Below are positions 12,801 through 25,500 of a stretch of 64,000 bases of DNA, one piece after another. Below the pieces are notes generated by a model. It was not told the DNA's origin and searched no databases. It worked only from the letters and a program-made list of their open reading frames with translations. The stretch lies in assembly GCA_946965045.2 (NCBI GenBank), contig OX337228.1, positions 2,356,001-2,420,000 on the forward strand, in the 5' to 3' direction. Within the stretch, counting starts at the first letter, position 1; each line of letters opens with the position of its first letter. The position numbers and the translations under genes were made by a program. Source of the DNA: Epithemia pelagica. Lineage: Eukaryota; Protista; Bacillariophyta.

Positions 12801-14411
12801 GTGTTTGGGTCAACAAAGAAGGGAAGCACTTTATCAAAATTGACAAAGATCAATATACGGGAGATGGAGACGAAGTGGTCCTATTTGACAGCAATGACGC
12901 AGCGGCTCGAAGGTACGACGAAGTCATATCTAAAAACGCCAGTGAAAACCAGACGCTCGAATTGAACTTCAAGCCCGATGGCACAAGAAATATTTACGAA
13001 GATGCAACGTCATCGACCGCAAGTGGATTGGGTGGCAGTGCCGCCAATGTCGTACCATTGCTCTCTGTCATCAATATCAAAGATCTTCCTCCTGATGTGA
13101 AACCTCTGCTGCGAGATCCTCGACAGACTTCTCGAACTGGAGGGAACTCAAAGCGTCATATCTATGCTTATAGAGGTGTGTGTCGCCAAGCAAGAAAAGG
13201 TCACGATCGCTGGCAAAGCCAAATATCGTTCATGGGTGTGAACCACTACCTTGGAACGTTCGATTCCGAATGGGACGCTGCCGCAATCTATGCATGGGCT
13301 CATCTTATTCTGGTAAGTCTTTTTTAACAACATGGACTCCCCGTGTGACAATCGACTCTGACAGTGCTTTCTTCATTTTAAGTATGGTGAAGAGGCTACA
13401 AAGCAAGCTCAGAAAGAGGGAGAAGAAGCAGCAGAAGCTTATGAACAGGAAAAGCGTGATCTTGCGGCTGGAAAGATCCCTGCAGAACCGCCAAAACCGG
13501 AGAAAACAAAGAAGCAAACAAGGAGGAAAAGTGACCAGCAGAAAAATCCACGAAAGACGAAAGGGAAGACGGATTCAGTTGATCAAAAAGAGGAAAAGAA
13601 AGATGGCCCAAAGAAGCGCAAGACCAAACCGAAGGAGCCTTCGGATATGGACAAAAAGGGGAAAGTTGATTTGAAGAGTGCTAAATCCGAGAAAGAAGCC
13701 ATGAACGCTACCCTCTCCCTAGGCGTAACAAAAACTCCCGTATTAGGGGAACGAGATTTTGCGGATGGCATGGAGATGTCACAGCTTGAATCGATGATGT
13801 TAGCAAGGCTTCGCGCAGTACGTGGATCGTCGTATTGTGTCGGTGACTTCGAAATATCTGCAGCCCCTGCCGCCAGTTCTATGAGGACCTGTCTACCCTT
13901 AATGAACGCCCGAGGATCAAGCTCATTGGGAATTGCCGTACTACTTGGACTTTCTTGTGACATTGGTTGGAACTTGAATGAGTTTGTGGCGGAACATTTA
14001 GACGAACGATTCCATGGTTCTAATGCAGCACATCTCTTGGCTGAGGAATATGAGGGGGATGGAATAAATGAGAACTTCAAAGTGTGCGTTCAGGGTTCGA
14101 CTTGTATTTTGGGACGGGCGACGAGCCGAATGACACGAATCTTCACTGAACTAGTGGGAAATTCTGTTTCTCTTGGACGGGGAGTGGGAGAGATCGATTG
14201 CCACGTTGGTGGTATCCGAGGCAGTTGTAGCAGACGAGCTTCATGCATTCGCTACGCTCATGGCCGTTTTCAGCTCTGTTGCCTGTCGGACCACGACGTC
14301 GTCACGCTAAACGGAGAACGAATCACAGTATCCATGGGTTGGATTGGCCTAGAACACAATGATGTTTGTTCAGTGGGGCCTCGTGTCTTCGTCTTTGTTT
14401 TGCCAAACTAA
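9860..14411 (+). CDS. Nuclear protein with degenerate SNF2-N-like region, two C2H2 fingers, two AP2 domains and a C-terminal FHA-like domain; two exons
   Basis: FGPHLIV...LVYAGNREQRRKLR...FHVIVVSY...FEVVILDHG (SNF2-like); CLRHFGSEQGLRQHISAQH and CRTCGSDC...RTHHERTC; GYRGV...DAAARRYD and YRGVCRQ...RWQSQI...YLGTFDSEWDAAAIY (AP2). Intron 13313..13382 (GTAAGT...TTTAAG) joins in frame to the 13647 ORF, which ends in an FHA-like segment. Confidence 0.8.
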
Positions 14412-14508
14412 ACTAAGAATTTTGTACGACCAAACACATGACTTACTTTTCAGAATGGTCTCTATGGGAATGTGACCTCACCTATCCCCAATCGCGACGA
14501 GGTTGCTT

Positions 14509-17256
14509 TCAGTCGTCTTCATCCTCGTCTTCTTCTTCATCCAAGGCATCTGCTCGTTTGCTCCCATAAACCTTGTCCCATTCCTCGTACTGGACCAAGT
14601 CATCCGGTGACACACTTGGTTTCATTCCGCGAAGAGAGGAACGAAAGTCTTTGAACGAAATGGCCGGGAGATCTTGAGCGTTTACGTTTTCTAAGTTTTG
14701 GTCAGAGGGCAAACTACGTAACGGTCCCATTGCTGCGTCTTCACAAAGGGCTTTGAGATCGGCACCAGAGAATCTTTCTGTTTTCTTGGCCAGTTTTTCC
14801 ATCTCTTGATCAGTCAAGCTATGTGTGTTCTTCCGTAGCATGACTTGCAGAAGGCGGAGTCGATCCGCTTGATTTGGAAGAGGAATGTAAAGGCGTTTGA
14901 CAAAGCGACGACGGGCGGCTTCATCCAGTTCTTGCGGCCGATTGGTGCAACCAATCGTCAGAACACGGCCCTGACCAGACGTCCCAGTCCCGTCCATTTG
15001 GACAAGGAACTCTGTCTTGATTCGTCGACTGGCTTCGTTCTCATCTGATTTTCGCTGTGTCAACAGAGAATCAATCTCGTCAATAAAGACAACAGCGGGT
15101 TCACGATAGGCTGCCACCGCGAACATGGTCCGCACAAGCTTTTCCCCTTCACCAATCCATTTGCTGGTGAGTGAGGAACTTGATATCGAAAAGAAAGTGG
15201 CTCCACTTTCGTGGGCAATGGCTTTTCCAATGAGCGTTTTGCCAGTTCCTGGCGGACCATAAAGCAAAAGTGCATTGGGACCACGACGCAAGCCGGTGAA
15301 AAGATCAGGGCGCTTCATAGGCCAGCAAATGACTTCTTGAATGGTCTGCTTGGCATCATCAAGACCAGCAATGTCCTCAAAGGTTGTGGGATCTCCCCCG
15401 TACATGATTTCACTTTCAATTTTCTCCACCAAATCTTTCCCGAACCGCTTTAGTTCTTCAGGAAGATCGTCGTCTTCATCATTGTTTTCATCGGACTGTT
15501 TCTGTTTCTGTTGCGATGTTGCCTTGTTGACGACTGCGGAAGGTTTCTTTCCACCTTGTTTGTTTCCTGCCGGAGGATTGCTGTTGGTCACTTCGGCACA
15601 TGGCTGAACCCGTTTCGGCGGCTGGAACTTGCGCTTGAGAGAGTCGCGAATGACAAAGTTTTCTGGTGCGGCAGACGCTTCGTCATGTGGAGGAGGTTGT
15701 TGCGGTGGAACCATCACACGCTGAGCATTATTATGGTGATGAAAGGCTGGTGGTGTGGGATATTGCTGTATTTGATGTTGTTGGTGTTGTGGGTATCGTT
15801 GGTATGGGTTTGCATGTTCTGTTTTCTTGTTCTTACTCCCATGGGCCGCAGCATCGACCTCAAAGGCAGTCTGAAAAGGATTCAAGCTATTGTGAAGGTC
15901 ATCCCAGGCCGAAGGTCCAGGAGGATTGGATTGCGTCACTGCAGGTCCCGGAGCCGTTGGTGGAGGATACCGCTTTGCAGCAGCATAGGGGTTTCGAACC
16001 GGTGGTGCTGGGGGAGGTGGTGGAGGAGCCTGTGCATGTTGTGGGTTCGAGAAGGAACGCTGTAGTGGTGGTGGTGGTTGTGACTGTGGTATAGTTTTCC
16101 GTGGCGGGGCATGATGATGGTTGGAGGAGGAGACGAAGGGGGCCACTGCATGGGCGACGGCATGCGGGTCGTTTGATCCATTGTGTCCAACAACGCTCAT
16201 GGTGATTGAACCAGTGGCAGTGCTCTCAGGGGTGGTGGGGACAAAGACCAAATCCGGAGGAACAGCTGTTGTTAGGTTGGTTTTGTGAACCTCCATCGAA
16301 GTGTCTGGGACGTCCAATCTCGTTCCGCGTGCTGCACCAGGGTTATGCTGCGATTTGTTGCGATTGCTTTCAGAGTCTCGTTTTTCCGGTTGAGTTATTG
16401 TTGGATGATTGTCCTGTTGCGTTCCATCAGGACGTTTGTGGGACGTTTTGGTTTTACGCTTCTTCTTCTTCTTGGTACTTCGCCGACGGTGGTGTTTCTT
16501 TCGCGAGAAATGCTCTTGAGCACGAGTATTGTCCCGTGATGGCAGCGACGAGGAAGACGAAGTTGTCGTCGATGATTCTGAAGAAGAGGACGAGCTTGAC
16601 TGGTCGCTGCGAGAGCGTACAAACTCTGGATATTCCGCAAAAAAATCATCGACATCGACAAAATATTCATTTTCTGTATCATCTCCATGGTTTTGATCGG
16701 GACTCGCCGAATCATTGCTGTGAGAAGGAGCATTTTGTGGAGCGCCTGTTTGCTCACTTTGAAAGGCATCCAAAAGGTCACTGCTCCTATGATCCATTTC
16801 CACGTGCATTTGATTCATCAACTCAGTTAGATCACACGAACTGGTTCTTGCACTGTTTGTTTTATGATCCTTCGCGAACTGTACGAGCTGCAAGAGCTCG
16901 GAATGAGCGGTGATGACCATGGCGGCAGCCTCTGGTGGAGACAAGGAGTCCTGTACGATCGTTTCTTGTCGACGATCATCCTCACTGCTATCATCGCCAG
17001 AGCTGTCAAAGTCATCCACTATTATACGGATATCCTCGTCACCATCATCGTCGTCGTCCTCGTCCACTTCTTCATCCGCAGCCTCGGGATTAGTGGAAGC
17101 AAGTTTCTCTCTCTCCTGTTTCTTGTGCTCCGCCAGACAACGAACCAGGTTTTTCTCGGCGTCTTCAAAATCCAAATATAATTCCTCATATAGGGCCAAA
17201 TACTCGTCTTGACTGAATGAAGTGGGATGGAACTTATTGCGGTTCATGGTCGTCAA
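14509..17256 (-). CDS. FIGNL1: Fidgetin-like AAA+ ATPase
   Basis: DIAGLDDAKQTIQE, LLYGPPGTGKT, SSLTSKWIGEGEKLVR, FIDEIDSLL, TNRPQELDEAARRRFVKRLYIPLP and a Vps4_C-like tail. Confidence 0.88.
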   Translation of the reverse strand: MTTMNRNKFHPTSFSQDEYLALYEELYLDFEDAEKNLVRCLAEHKKQEREKLASTNPEAADEEVDEDDDDDGDEDIRIIVDDFDSSGDDSSEDDRRQETIVQDSLSPPEAAAMVITAHSELLQLVQFAKDHKTNSARTSSCDLTELMNQMHVEMDHRSSDLLDAFQSEQTGAPQNAPSHSNDSASPDQNHGDDTENEYFVDVDDFFAEYPEFVRSRSDQSSSSSSSESSTTTSSSSSLPSRDNTRAQEHFSRKKHHRRRSTKKKKKRKTKTSHKRPDGTQQDNHPTITQPEKRDSESNRNKSQHNPGAARGTRLDVPDTSMEVHKTNLTTAVPPDLVFVPTTPESTATGSITMSVVGHNGSNDPHAVAHAVAPFVSSSNHHHAPPRKTIPQSQPPPPLQRSFSNPQHAQAPPPPPPAPPVRNPYAAAKRYPPPTAPGPAVTQSNPPGPSAWDDLHNSLNPFQTAFEVDAAAHGSKNKKTEHANPYQRYPQHQQHQIQQYPTPPAFHHHNNAQRVMVPPQQPPPHDEASAAPENFVIRDSLKRKFQPPKRVQPCAEVTNSNPPAGNKQGGKKPSAVVNKATSQQKQKQSDENNDEDDDLPEELKRFGKDLVEKIESEIMYGGDPTTFEDIAGLDDAKQTIQEVICWPMKRPDLFTGLRRGPNALLLYGPPGTGKTLIGKAIAHESGATFFSISSSSLTSKWIGEGEKLVRTMFAVAAYREPAVVFIDEIDSLLTQRKSDENEASRRIKTEFLVQMDGTGTSGQGRVLTIGCTNRPQELDEAARRRFVKRLYIPLPNQADRLRLLQVMLRKNTHSLTDQEMEKLAKKTERFSGADLKALCEDAAMGPLRSLPSDQNLENVNAQDLPAISFKDFRSSLRGMKPSVSPDDLVQYEEWDKVYGSKRADALDEEEDEDEDD

Positions 17257-17388
17257 GTCGTTCGCTCCAAAGATGAGATGGCATGTCTTGTCATTGTCGG
17301 TCTATTTGAGATTTTTGGGCGCGAATTTTTGAAATTCAAATTCTGAGACAAAGTGCATTGGTCGCACTTTAAAGTGTGCGCAACCCAC

Positions 17389-17408
17389 CAATCACCACAC
17401 CACAACCA
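17389..17408 (+). repeat. Left target-site duplication of the retrotransposon
   Basis: Exact direct repeat of 25733..25752. Confidence 0.95.
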
Positions 17409-17558
17409 TATAATTTCGTGGACAGACGAAATTGAAAGGCGTAGTGCCTCGTGTTATCTGTCCGATAGTTTCTGGTTTCTCGTAGTTTACCGCGAAAGTT
17501 TTTCCCAGAAAGTAATCTGAAACGCATTCAGGTCACCGGCGACCGAACCACGTCGACC

Positions 17559-19586
17559 ATGGCGGATCCCCCCCGTTCGGACTATGACTCTCCTATGGCT
17601 GAAGCCCAACAAGACGACAACACTAATTATGCTGCAAATAACAATAATGATACCAATAATCAAGATGATGCGAGCGACGCCGCCACTGCAGTTACAGCAG
17701 TATACCGCCCTATCCCCTACGAAGGTGACGAAAAAGAGTATACGATCAAGTTTGTGTTCAGTCCGGATGACGATACGAACAAGAGTATCGCCTTGCTCCA
17801 CTATGATATTCTCTATTCTATCTCACAAGTATTTCCAGAGGTAAAAATTTTTGATAATAAAGGTGCAAAACTTAACAGGAAAAAGTTGGAGTCCTTCAAG
17901 GCAGTCTCAGTTTACCTACGACACTTCGACTTACACTACTCCAAGGGCAACGAAAAGAAACAGAGGAAACCGATGTACATTGTAATTCACCGATTCCAGT
18001 CAAAAATTTCAATAAGTGAGATCCGCCGCCACGAATCAGTGCATGAGAAGCTATTGTTAGGGAAGGCAAAAATGACGCAACATCTTTGGAACGAGAACGA
18101 AACACGAATTTCCAACTTGGGATTCTTCGTCGGTTTTGACCCCAGTAATATTCCTCCGGACGAAATGATTGAAGATGTTGTACAAGAAATTATCAAGAAA
18201 ACGAATAAACCGAGGAAGAAAATTCCGAAGTTCAAGTGTAATTACTCTTCGCCCTTCTTCAAGAACGGAGATGACACCTTCAAAACAAAAGCATTTGACT
18301 TGCAGTGTCGCCAACACGACGCTAAAGAATTGCTGGAACTTCTTCAGAAGACATACGTTGAAGACCCGAAGTTCATCTTTCACAAGTTCCGACACACAAA
18401 CAAGTACTTGTACAGCTCCTCTATGATTGAACAAAATGCATACCTGAGAGAGAGCAAGATTTTACCGGTTGCAGGAATTCACCCGAGCGTAATGTGGAGT
18501 TTGAAAGACAGGATTGCACGTGATTATGAAGGAGTCATCAGGATTACCGGCCATAAAGATACGGATCGTATTGGTCGCCACAACATTCATACCACAGAAG
18601 AACACTTTGATGTACTCAGGAGCGCTCTTAGAATGAGTCTGCCAACATTGGTTATGCTCGAAAAAGATGCACGAAACCTACATCATCTTAAAGGTTACGA
18701 CGATCCTCCAAGGCTCGCATTTCGACACGAAAGCTACGGACGACAAGGCACAGGAGAAGACGACGATGACTCAACGGACCACGGTGGTTCTTATGCAACT
18801 TACGTCTCTGCGCTAAATTCTTTGTACACCACCAGAGAGAATGAGTTTCAAGATGACTCAAACAACAGTTATTCACGTCCTCCGAAGATGATTGGACCAA
18901 CAACACAGGTATGGAAGACTATGGCACCCGTCCAAACCGTCGTCGCATCAACAACTACCGAGACAACTACGAGTCAGGTAACCAACGAAGAATACGAACG
19001 AATGAAGAATGAGAATGCTGAATTGAAGAGCGAGTTACGGGAACTGAAAGATGCTTTCAAGTCTTTTGTATCGAAACAAGAAGAAGAAAGTGAATCGAGA
19101 CAAGAGAAGATGATGCGTTCAATGATGCAGGCGATGCAGCAACAAATGTCCGCTATGATGATGCAGCAGAATTATATGCCTCCTCCAAACTACGCTCACC
19201 CTTACCAACAACAACCACAATTTGGTATGAGCCCCATCAACGCTCAACAGCTGCAACAGTTACCCAACAACTTGTTCCCAGCTCATCAGACTACTCCTGT
19301 TTCCGATCATTGCTTACCACCAAATCAGATGCCACTCCCACAGACCCCAACAAACCACCAGATGCCAACAAACCACAACTACCAGAATCATCCCCAGTAC
19401 AACAACCAATATCAACGCACAGAGCATGATATAACAAATCCAAAAGCACAGAGTCGCAGCGCAAATGATGAGCGCAATCAGGACTCAGAACAACAGGCCG
19501 CATCGCGAATTGATGTGAGCATGGCCCGAGCAAACTCGCCCTTGCACGCGGACGAGTCCTTGGCCGACTCAAGCATGCAGAAATGA
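17559..19586 (+). CDS. Retrotransposon ORF1 protein (675 aa)
   Basis: First ORF inside the TSD-bounded element, with a coiled-coil (EEYERMKNENAELKSELRELK) and Q/P-rich tail. Its stop overlaps the ORF2 start (ATGA). Confidence 0.85.
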   Translation: MADPPRSDYDSPMAEAQQDDNTNYAANNNNDTNNQDDASDAATAVTAVYRPIPYEGDEKEYTIKFVFSPDDDTNKSIALLHYDILYSISQVFPEVKIFDNKGAKLNRKKLESFKAVSVYLRHFDLHYSKGNEKKQRKPMYIVIHRFQSKISISEIRRHESVHEKLLLGKAKMTQHLWNENETRISNLGFFVGFDPSNIPPDEMIEDVVQEIIKKTNKPRKKIPKFKCNYSSPFFKNGDDTFKTKAFDLQCRQHDAKELLELLQKTYVEDPKFIFHKFRHTNKYLYSSSMIEQNAYLRESKILPVAGIHPSVMWSLKDRIARDYEGVIRITGHKDTDRIGRHNIHTTEEHFDVLRSALRMSLPTLVMLEKDARNLHHLKGYDDPPRLAFRHESYGRQGTGEDDDDSTDHGGSYATYVSALNSLYTTRENEFQDDSNNSYSRPPKMIGPTTQVWKTMAPVQTVVASTTTETTTSQVTNEEYERMKNENAELKSELRELKDAFKSFVSKQEEESESRQEKMMRSMMQAMQQQMSAMMMQQNYMPPPNYAHPYQQQPQFGMSPINAQQLQQLPNNLFPAHQTTPVSDHCLPPNQMPLPQTPTNHQMPTNHNYQNHPQYNNQYQRTEHDITNPKAQSRSANDERNQDSEQQAASRIDVSMARANSPLHADESLADSSMQK

Positions 19587-22500
19587 GTGAGTCACTGAAC
19601 GGTAGACTCGTAACTATAACCAACAATACAAACCTACAACCACATCCTCTTGCACGATTAATACGTGAATTAGACACTTCCGATCAGGATAACCATAACA
19701 ACGACGACGCCGCGAGCGACGACGACCCAATTCCCCAAACTACCGATCAGGATAACCATAACAACGACGATGCCCCGAGCGTCGACGATCGAAACACAAA
19801 CAATATCACAACAACCACATCCACCATCAACACAACTATTCCAGGCACCCAGAACAGCGATGACGCTACGAGTGTCGCCGAAGACCCACAACAAATAGAG
19901 AACGGAATACAAATAGAAAGAGGAGTTCAAGCATATGACTCGGACGAGTTCATTGGTGTTAAAACTCGAGATGTTAAGCCGCCAGACACCTATCGCGTGT
20001 TTGGCTGCAACCCGAACGGCTTTAAAACTTTACTCTCGAGTGGAGGAACTTTTGCGGAATACTGTGAAGAAATGTGCAGGCTGGACGCCGACACATGGTG
20101 CTTCTACGAAACCAACATTGACACCACTCAAGCTCAAGTTCGCAACGTTCTTCACACCACTGTTCAACGTCATTGTGAACACTCTCGTATCACTTTTGGC
20201 AGCACTAATATTCCATCACCGAGACCAACACCTTACAAGCCAGGTGGAACCCTCATCGCTTCACAAGGCAAGTCAACAGGTAGAATCACCACTCAAGGTA
20301 CTGATCGAATGGGCAGGTGGTCATATCAAGTCTTTTCAGGTCGAGGAAACAAAACCATTACGGTCATCTCAGCGTATCAAGTGTGTCGTCAGTCTCTTCT
20401 CACAGAGGAAACGAATCGCGTCCGATCCTTCACTGCCTCGGCCCAACAAATATCAATGCTTCGCCAAGTAAATCGACCCGTCTCCCCGCGAGAAGCGTTT
20501 ATTATTGATTTAACAGATTTCATCAGGCAATGCCGTGCTCGCAACTCGGAAATCTTACTTCTTGGTGATTTTAACGAGGCACTTAACGACAACAATGAAG
20601 GAATGTCCAAATTGTGTTTGGAATCGGAACTTCATGATATTATGGGAGAGCAGATTGGAAACACAACATTCGCAACATATATCAACGGCCGAGAACGAAT
20701 TGACTACGCACTTGGTACTAGCCATGTCGCTGCTGCAGTCACTCGTGCTTGCTACGAGCCTTTTCAACACAGAGACATCCCCAACGACCACAGAAACATG
20801 GTGATTGACTTCGATATTCAAAGACTTTTCGGCAACAGTACTCAACAACTTGGTCCCATCGCGAGTCGAGACTTTACCAGCAAGGACAGGAGCTCGAACA
20901 GACGCTACATTGAACACAAGCACAAGTTCTGTGTGCAGCACAGTTTCGCACAACGCTTAGAATCGCTCAAACAAAACTGGAATCCATGTTTGGCAGAACG
21001 ACTCGACAAAGACTTTCAACGGGCAGGAGAACACGCTAGTCGCAAATGCATAAAGAAACCACGAAGCATTCCCTTTGTTAAACAACTGGCAAGTCTCAGG
21101 AGCCGTAAGAATCTTCTTCTGAAACTCATCTCGGCCGAGAAATGGGGCAAATCATTCGAATCCGGAATCGCTTATACTACACGACATCAATCAGTGATCA
21201 ACATTCCCAGCACACTGGAGGCATGCCAACAAGAATGCAGAATAGTACAGCGACAAATACGAGAGATGACAAAAGATGCAGTTCAACGACGCCACAACGC
21301 ATTACAAACAGAATTGCAGCAAGCACTTGCAGAAGGCAACAAACAACAATCAAAAGCGCTCAAACATAGAATCGCGGCTGAACGTACCAAGGCCATGTAT
21401 ACTAAATTGAGACAATGTCGCGGGAACTTGAAAACAGGCATCACTCGATTAGATGTCCCAGCTGATCCAACCACTACAGACTACACAGGCTGCACTGAAT
21501 GGATCACTATTGATACACCGGCAGAAATAGAAGAAAGACTGTTAACGAGAAACCAACGTCATTTGGGTCAAGCTCACAACACATTCCCAACCAAACCGCC
21601 CTTCTCCGAATGGTGCGATTGGGGGGCATCTACCCACACAGCCGAGCTCATCCTAGAAGGCAACTGGCAAAGCGACGAACTCGACGACATGCAACAATCG
21701 TTGATCGACCACATGAAAGCACGCGTGACTCTTGACGCTATTCCTGCTCCAATCACGACCGAAGAATGGATCGGGAAGATTAAATCGTGGCCGGAATCCA
21801 CCACAACTTCTCCTTCTGGCTTTCATCTGGGCCATAGCAAAGCCTTGGTAGCTCCTCATGATCTGGACACTTCTACCGACGACGGACAAGAACTAGAGGG
21901 AAAACGTGAACAACTAATTGAATGGCAAGTCGGTCTGCTCAACTGTGCTTTATCCAACAAATACTCGTTCGACAGATGGAAGCACATCGTCAATGTAATG
22001 ATTTTGAAAGAGCCAAATAATCTGAAGATCCATCGTCTTCGTGTGATACACCTTTACGAGCAAGACTACAATCTGGTCTTAGCCATTAAGTGGAGACAAA
22101 TGATCCAACTAAACACCAATCAACGAACTCTACATCCTATGCAATTCGGAGGAGTTCCAGGCAAAGACGCAGTTATACCAACGCTTTGTGAAGAACTACA
22201 ATACGAAATTTCCCGAGCTAGTAAGCGTCCTCTAGTCCATTTGGACTACGACGCCACTGCTTGCTACGATCGGATTGTGCTATCCTTTGGGAGTCTTGCG
22301 TCACGCAGTTTCGGACAGAATAGATCTATTGTCTTCATCAACGCCACCACCTTGGAAGAAGCAAAGTACTATTTGAAGACAAAGCTCGGCGTCTCCGAAA
22401 GACACTACCAACATTGTCAACTGTACCCAATTTACGGATCCGGTCAAGGAGCCGGCAACTCTCCTGCGATTTGGTGTGTAATTTCTACTATTCTTTTCGA

Positions 22501-25500
22501 CACCTACGAAGACAAGGCTCATGGAGCTATTTTCAGCAGTCCCGATGGTTCAGTTACGACAGCCCTCCATATGATTGGATTTGTGGATGATACAAGCGGC
22601 AGCGTGAATGACTTTCTCCGAGAACAACCTGCTACACCAGATTACTATATTGCAAAGGCACAAGAGGATGCACAGCGATGGAACAATCTACTTAGTTTGT
22701 CAGGTGGAGCCCTCAATGTGGAGAAATGCTCTTATCATTTCATGCACTACACCTTCAATGTGGACGGACTAGCCTCTTTACAATCAGGCACCTTTGGCCC
22801 CCAAATTTCAATTCAATTTCACGGTTCCGAGCAAAATACACCCATCAAACAACTTTCTTCGTATCGCAGTCACAAAACTTTGGGAGTCCAGAAATCCCCT
22901 CACTGCACAGACAAGGGACTCTTTCTCGCTCTGGCAAAAAAGAACCGAGCACACACCTCCGTTATGGCTACGAGTCCCTTCTCGCGAACCGACGCATGGG
23001 CTTATTACCATGCCATATACTTACCCAGTATTTGCTACCCAATGCCCTCATCTACCTTGTCGGACGCACATTGCGACGCGCTTCAAGTTCAATTCAAGAA
23101 AGCTTTCCTTCCAAAATATGGCTTCAATCGGCATATGCCTAATGCAGTAGTCTACGGTCCTAACGAACTTGGTGGAATTGGCTTAAGAACGTTATCCGTT
23201 GAACGAGGCATCTCGCAAACATACCTATTGTTGGCGTGTCTTCGATCTCCAGGAGTCCCCGCAAAGCTCGCTAACATTGCCATCTCATGGGCACAGTTCT
23301 TAGCTGGCACAAGTGTGTCGATTTTCGAAGACGTCACCACTTCACTTCCTCATCTCGCGCCAATGCAATGGATCCCACAGGTACGCAAGTTTCTCCACTC
23401 TACAAGCTGCCAGATTGAACTAGAGACCAAATTTCTCCCCCCTTTACAACGCGACAACGACCGCTATCTGATGGATATTGTACTCGAGTCACAAATCTTT
23501 ACCAAGGCCGAACTTTTGCTGGTGAATGCATGCCGCATATACATGGGTGTCACTCTCCTAAGTGATATTACTACTCCCGACGGCACTAAACTTTCCAAGT
23601 TTGTGCTCGAACACCGACAGGACACCTTCTCTACTCACAACGGACTTCTGCCTTACCAAGAACTACCTGGACCTCGCGCTTGGACTCAATGGAACAAGAT
23701 GCTTAACCTTATCCGGGAACCAGGAGAACAACATCTGTCTATTCCACCACTCGGACACTGGATAGTTCATGGACACGAGACATACCGCCGTTGGTTTTAC
23801 TTCGTTGATTGCCAGAGTTCCACTTTATTCGTCGCTAACGGCGACAACTCTTTTCGCCATTACTGGTACCAGCATCCTTTCTTCTTACCCACATCTCAAG
23901 TCTCCCCACGACCACCGTCAACATCTGTTCCTGTTCATGTTGCTCAGTCCGGACCGGCCCTTGTCTTGTCACCATGTCGCCCCCAACTCATTCCGCAGAG
24001 TCCGCCTCCTCCGCAAAGCTTCTCCGCTTACGTCCAAACTCTGAAACAATGGGATCAGCATCTTCTCGCCAAAGTAGACCTTATCCAAACCGTGGAAGCA
24101 ATACAACAATACTTTCAGTCCTCGACAGTTCGTCTTTTTCTCTGCAGTGATGGCTCCGCCGCTTTGTTCAGAGGAAAATTTGGTTGTATCTGTAGTACTG
24201 ATACTGGACAACGGCTTTTCAAACTACATGGACCTGCACCAGGATTCCGCACCTCGTCGTTTCGCTCTGAAAGCTACGGAATGCTTGCTCTCTTCCGGAC
24301 CGTACTACATCTTACTACCCATTACCGACTGAGTTTTCCCCCCCACTGCATTTTCTACACCGACTCTCAGAGTTTGATCAAGACAGTGGAGAAACGATTA
24401 GAGTGGACATACGACTTCCCGTATTCCACCATGGAAGCTGATTGGGATATCCAACAATCGATTACTACTTCCTTACAGCAATTTCCTGAGATTCCCCAAT
24501 TTCTTCACGTCAGAGGACACCAAGACCGTTTTCATGCATACTCTACGTTACCTCTTACCGCTCAGCTGAATGTCGACGCAGACCGCCTGGCCAATTTGTA
24601 CGACTATCCTCCTGATATTTCTCCGCTCCGAGTTCCGTTGATTACTGGTTGTTGTGCTTTACTTCACACCCCTCAAGGTACAGTCAATTCCAATTATCGG
24701 ACGACCTTGCGCTATTTAGCAACTTGGCAACCGCTGCGACACTATCTTTGCAATAAGCATGACTGGGATATCGATACTTTTGAGTCTGTGGATTGGACTT
24801 CTCACGGCCGTGCTCTCCGAGCCTCTTTCCATCGCCGCCAATTTCATATCAAGTTTCTTCATGACTGGCTCCCCCTCGGCTACCTTCGATCCCGTTACGC
24901 TGTGTATTACTCTGACTCTTGCCCGCTATGCACTCCACCTGTTATCGAGACGCGTACCCACTTTCTCCGCTGTCCACATCGCCCTTGGAAAGGTCCCCTC
25001 TTCGACGATCTTGAAAAATTTTGGCGCCTCCAATATCTAGACCCCTTCCTCCGATTATTGTTGGTGGAAATCCTACAGTCATGGCTTGGCAATGTCTCAC
25101 CGACGTTTCCTACTCTTTCCCCATCATACCAACTTCTGATTACTCAACAACGTCGAATCGGATTAGATCAACTTTTCTTTGGACGCTTTTCTACTCAATG
25201 GCAAGTTCTTCAAGACTCGTATCTCTCCTCAACAAACCAGAAATCTCGTTCGGTATCGGGCTCCCACTTTGTCACTGGTTCTATAAAGGTTCTATGGACA
25301 CATGTCCACGCCCTCTGGCTCAAGCGGAACCATAATCTACACGGTGATACCCCACAAACTATCGAAGCTGCGTCCTACGCTCAAGCCCAACGCGAAGTTA
25401 TTGCTCTTTACGAGTACCGCCACCAACTTCCCCCCTCTGACCGGGACATCTTCTATTCCTCTACCACCGCCCATTTCGAGGCGGAAACGACTGCATTCTC

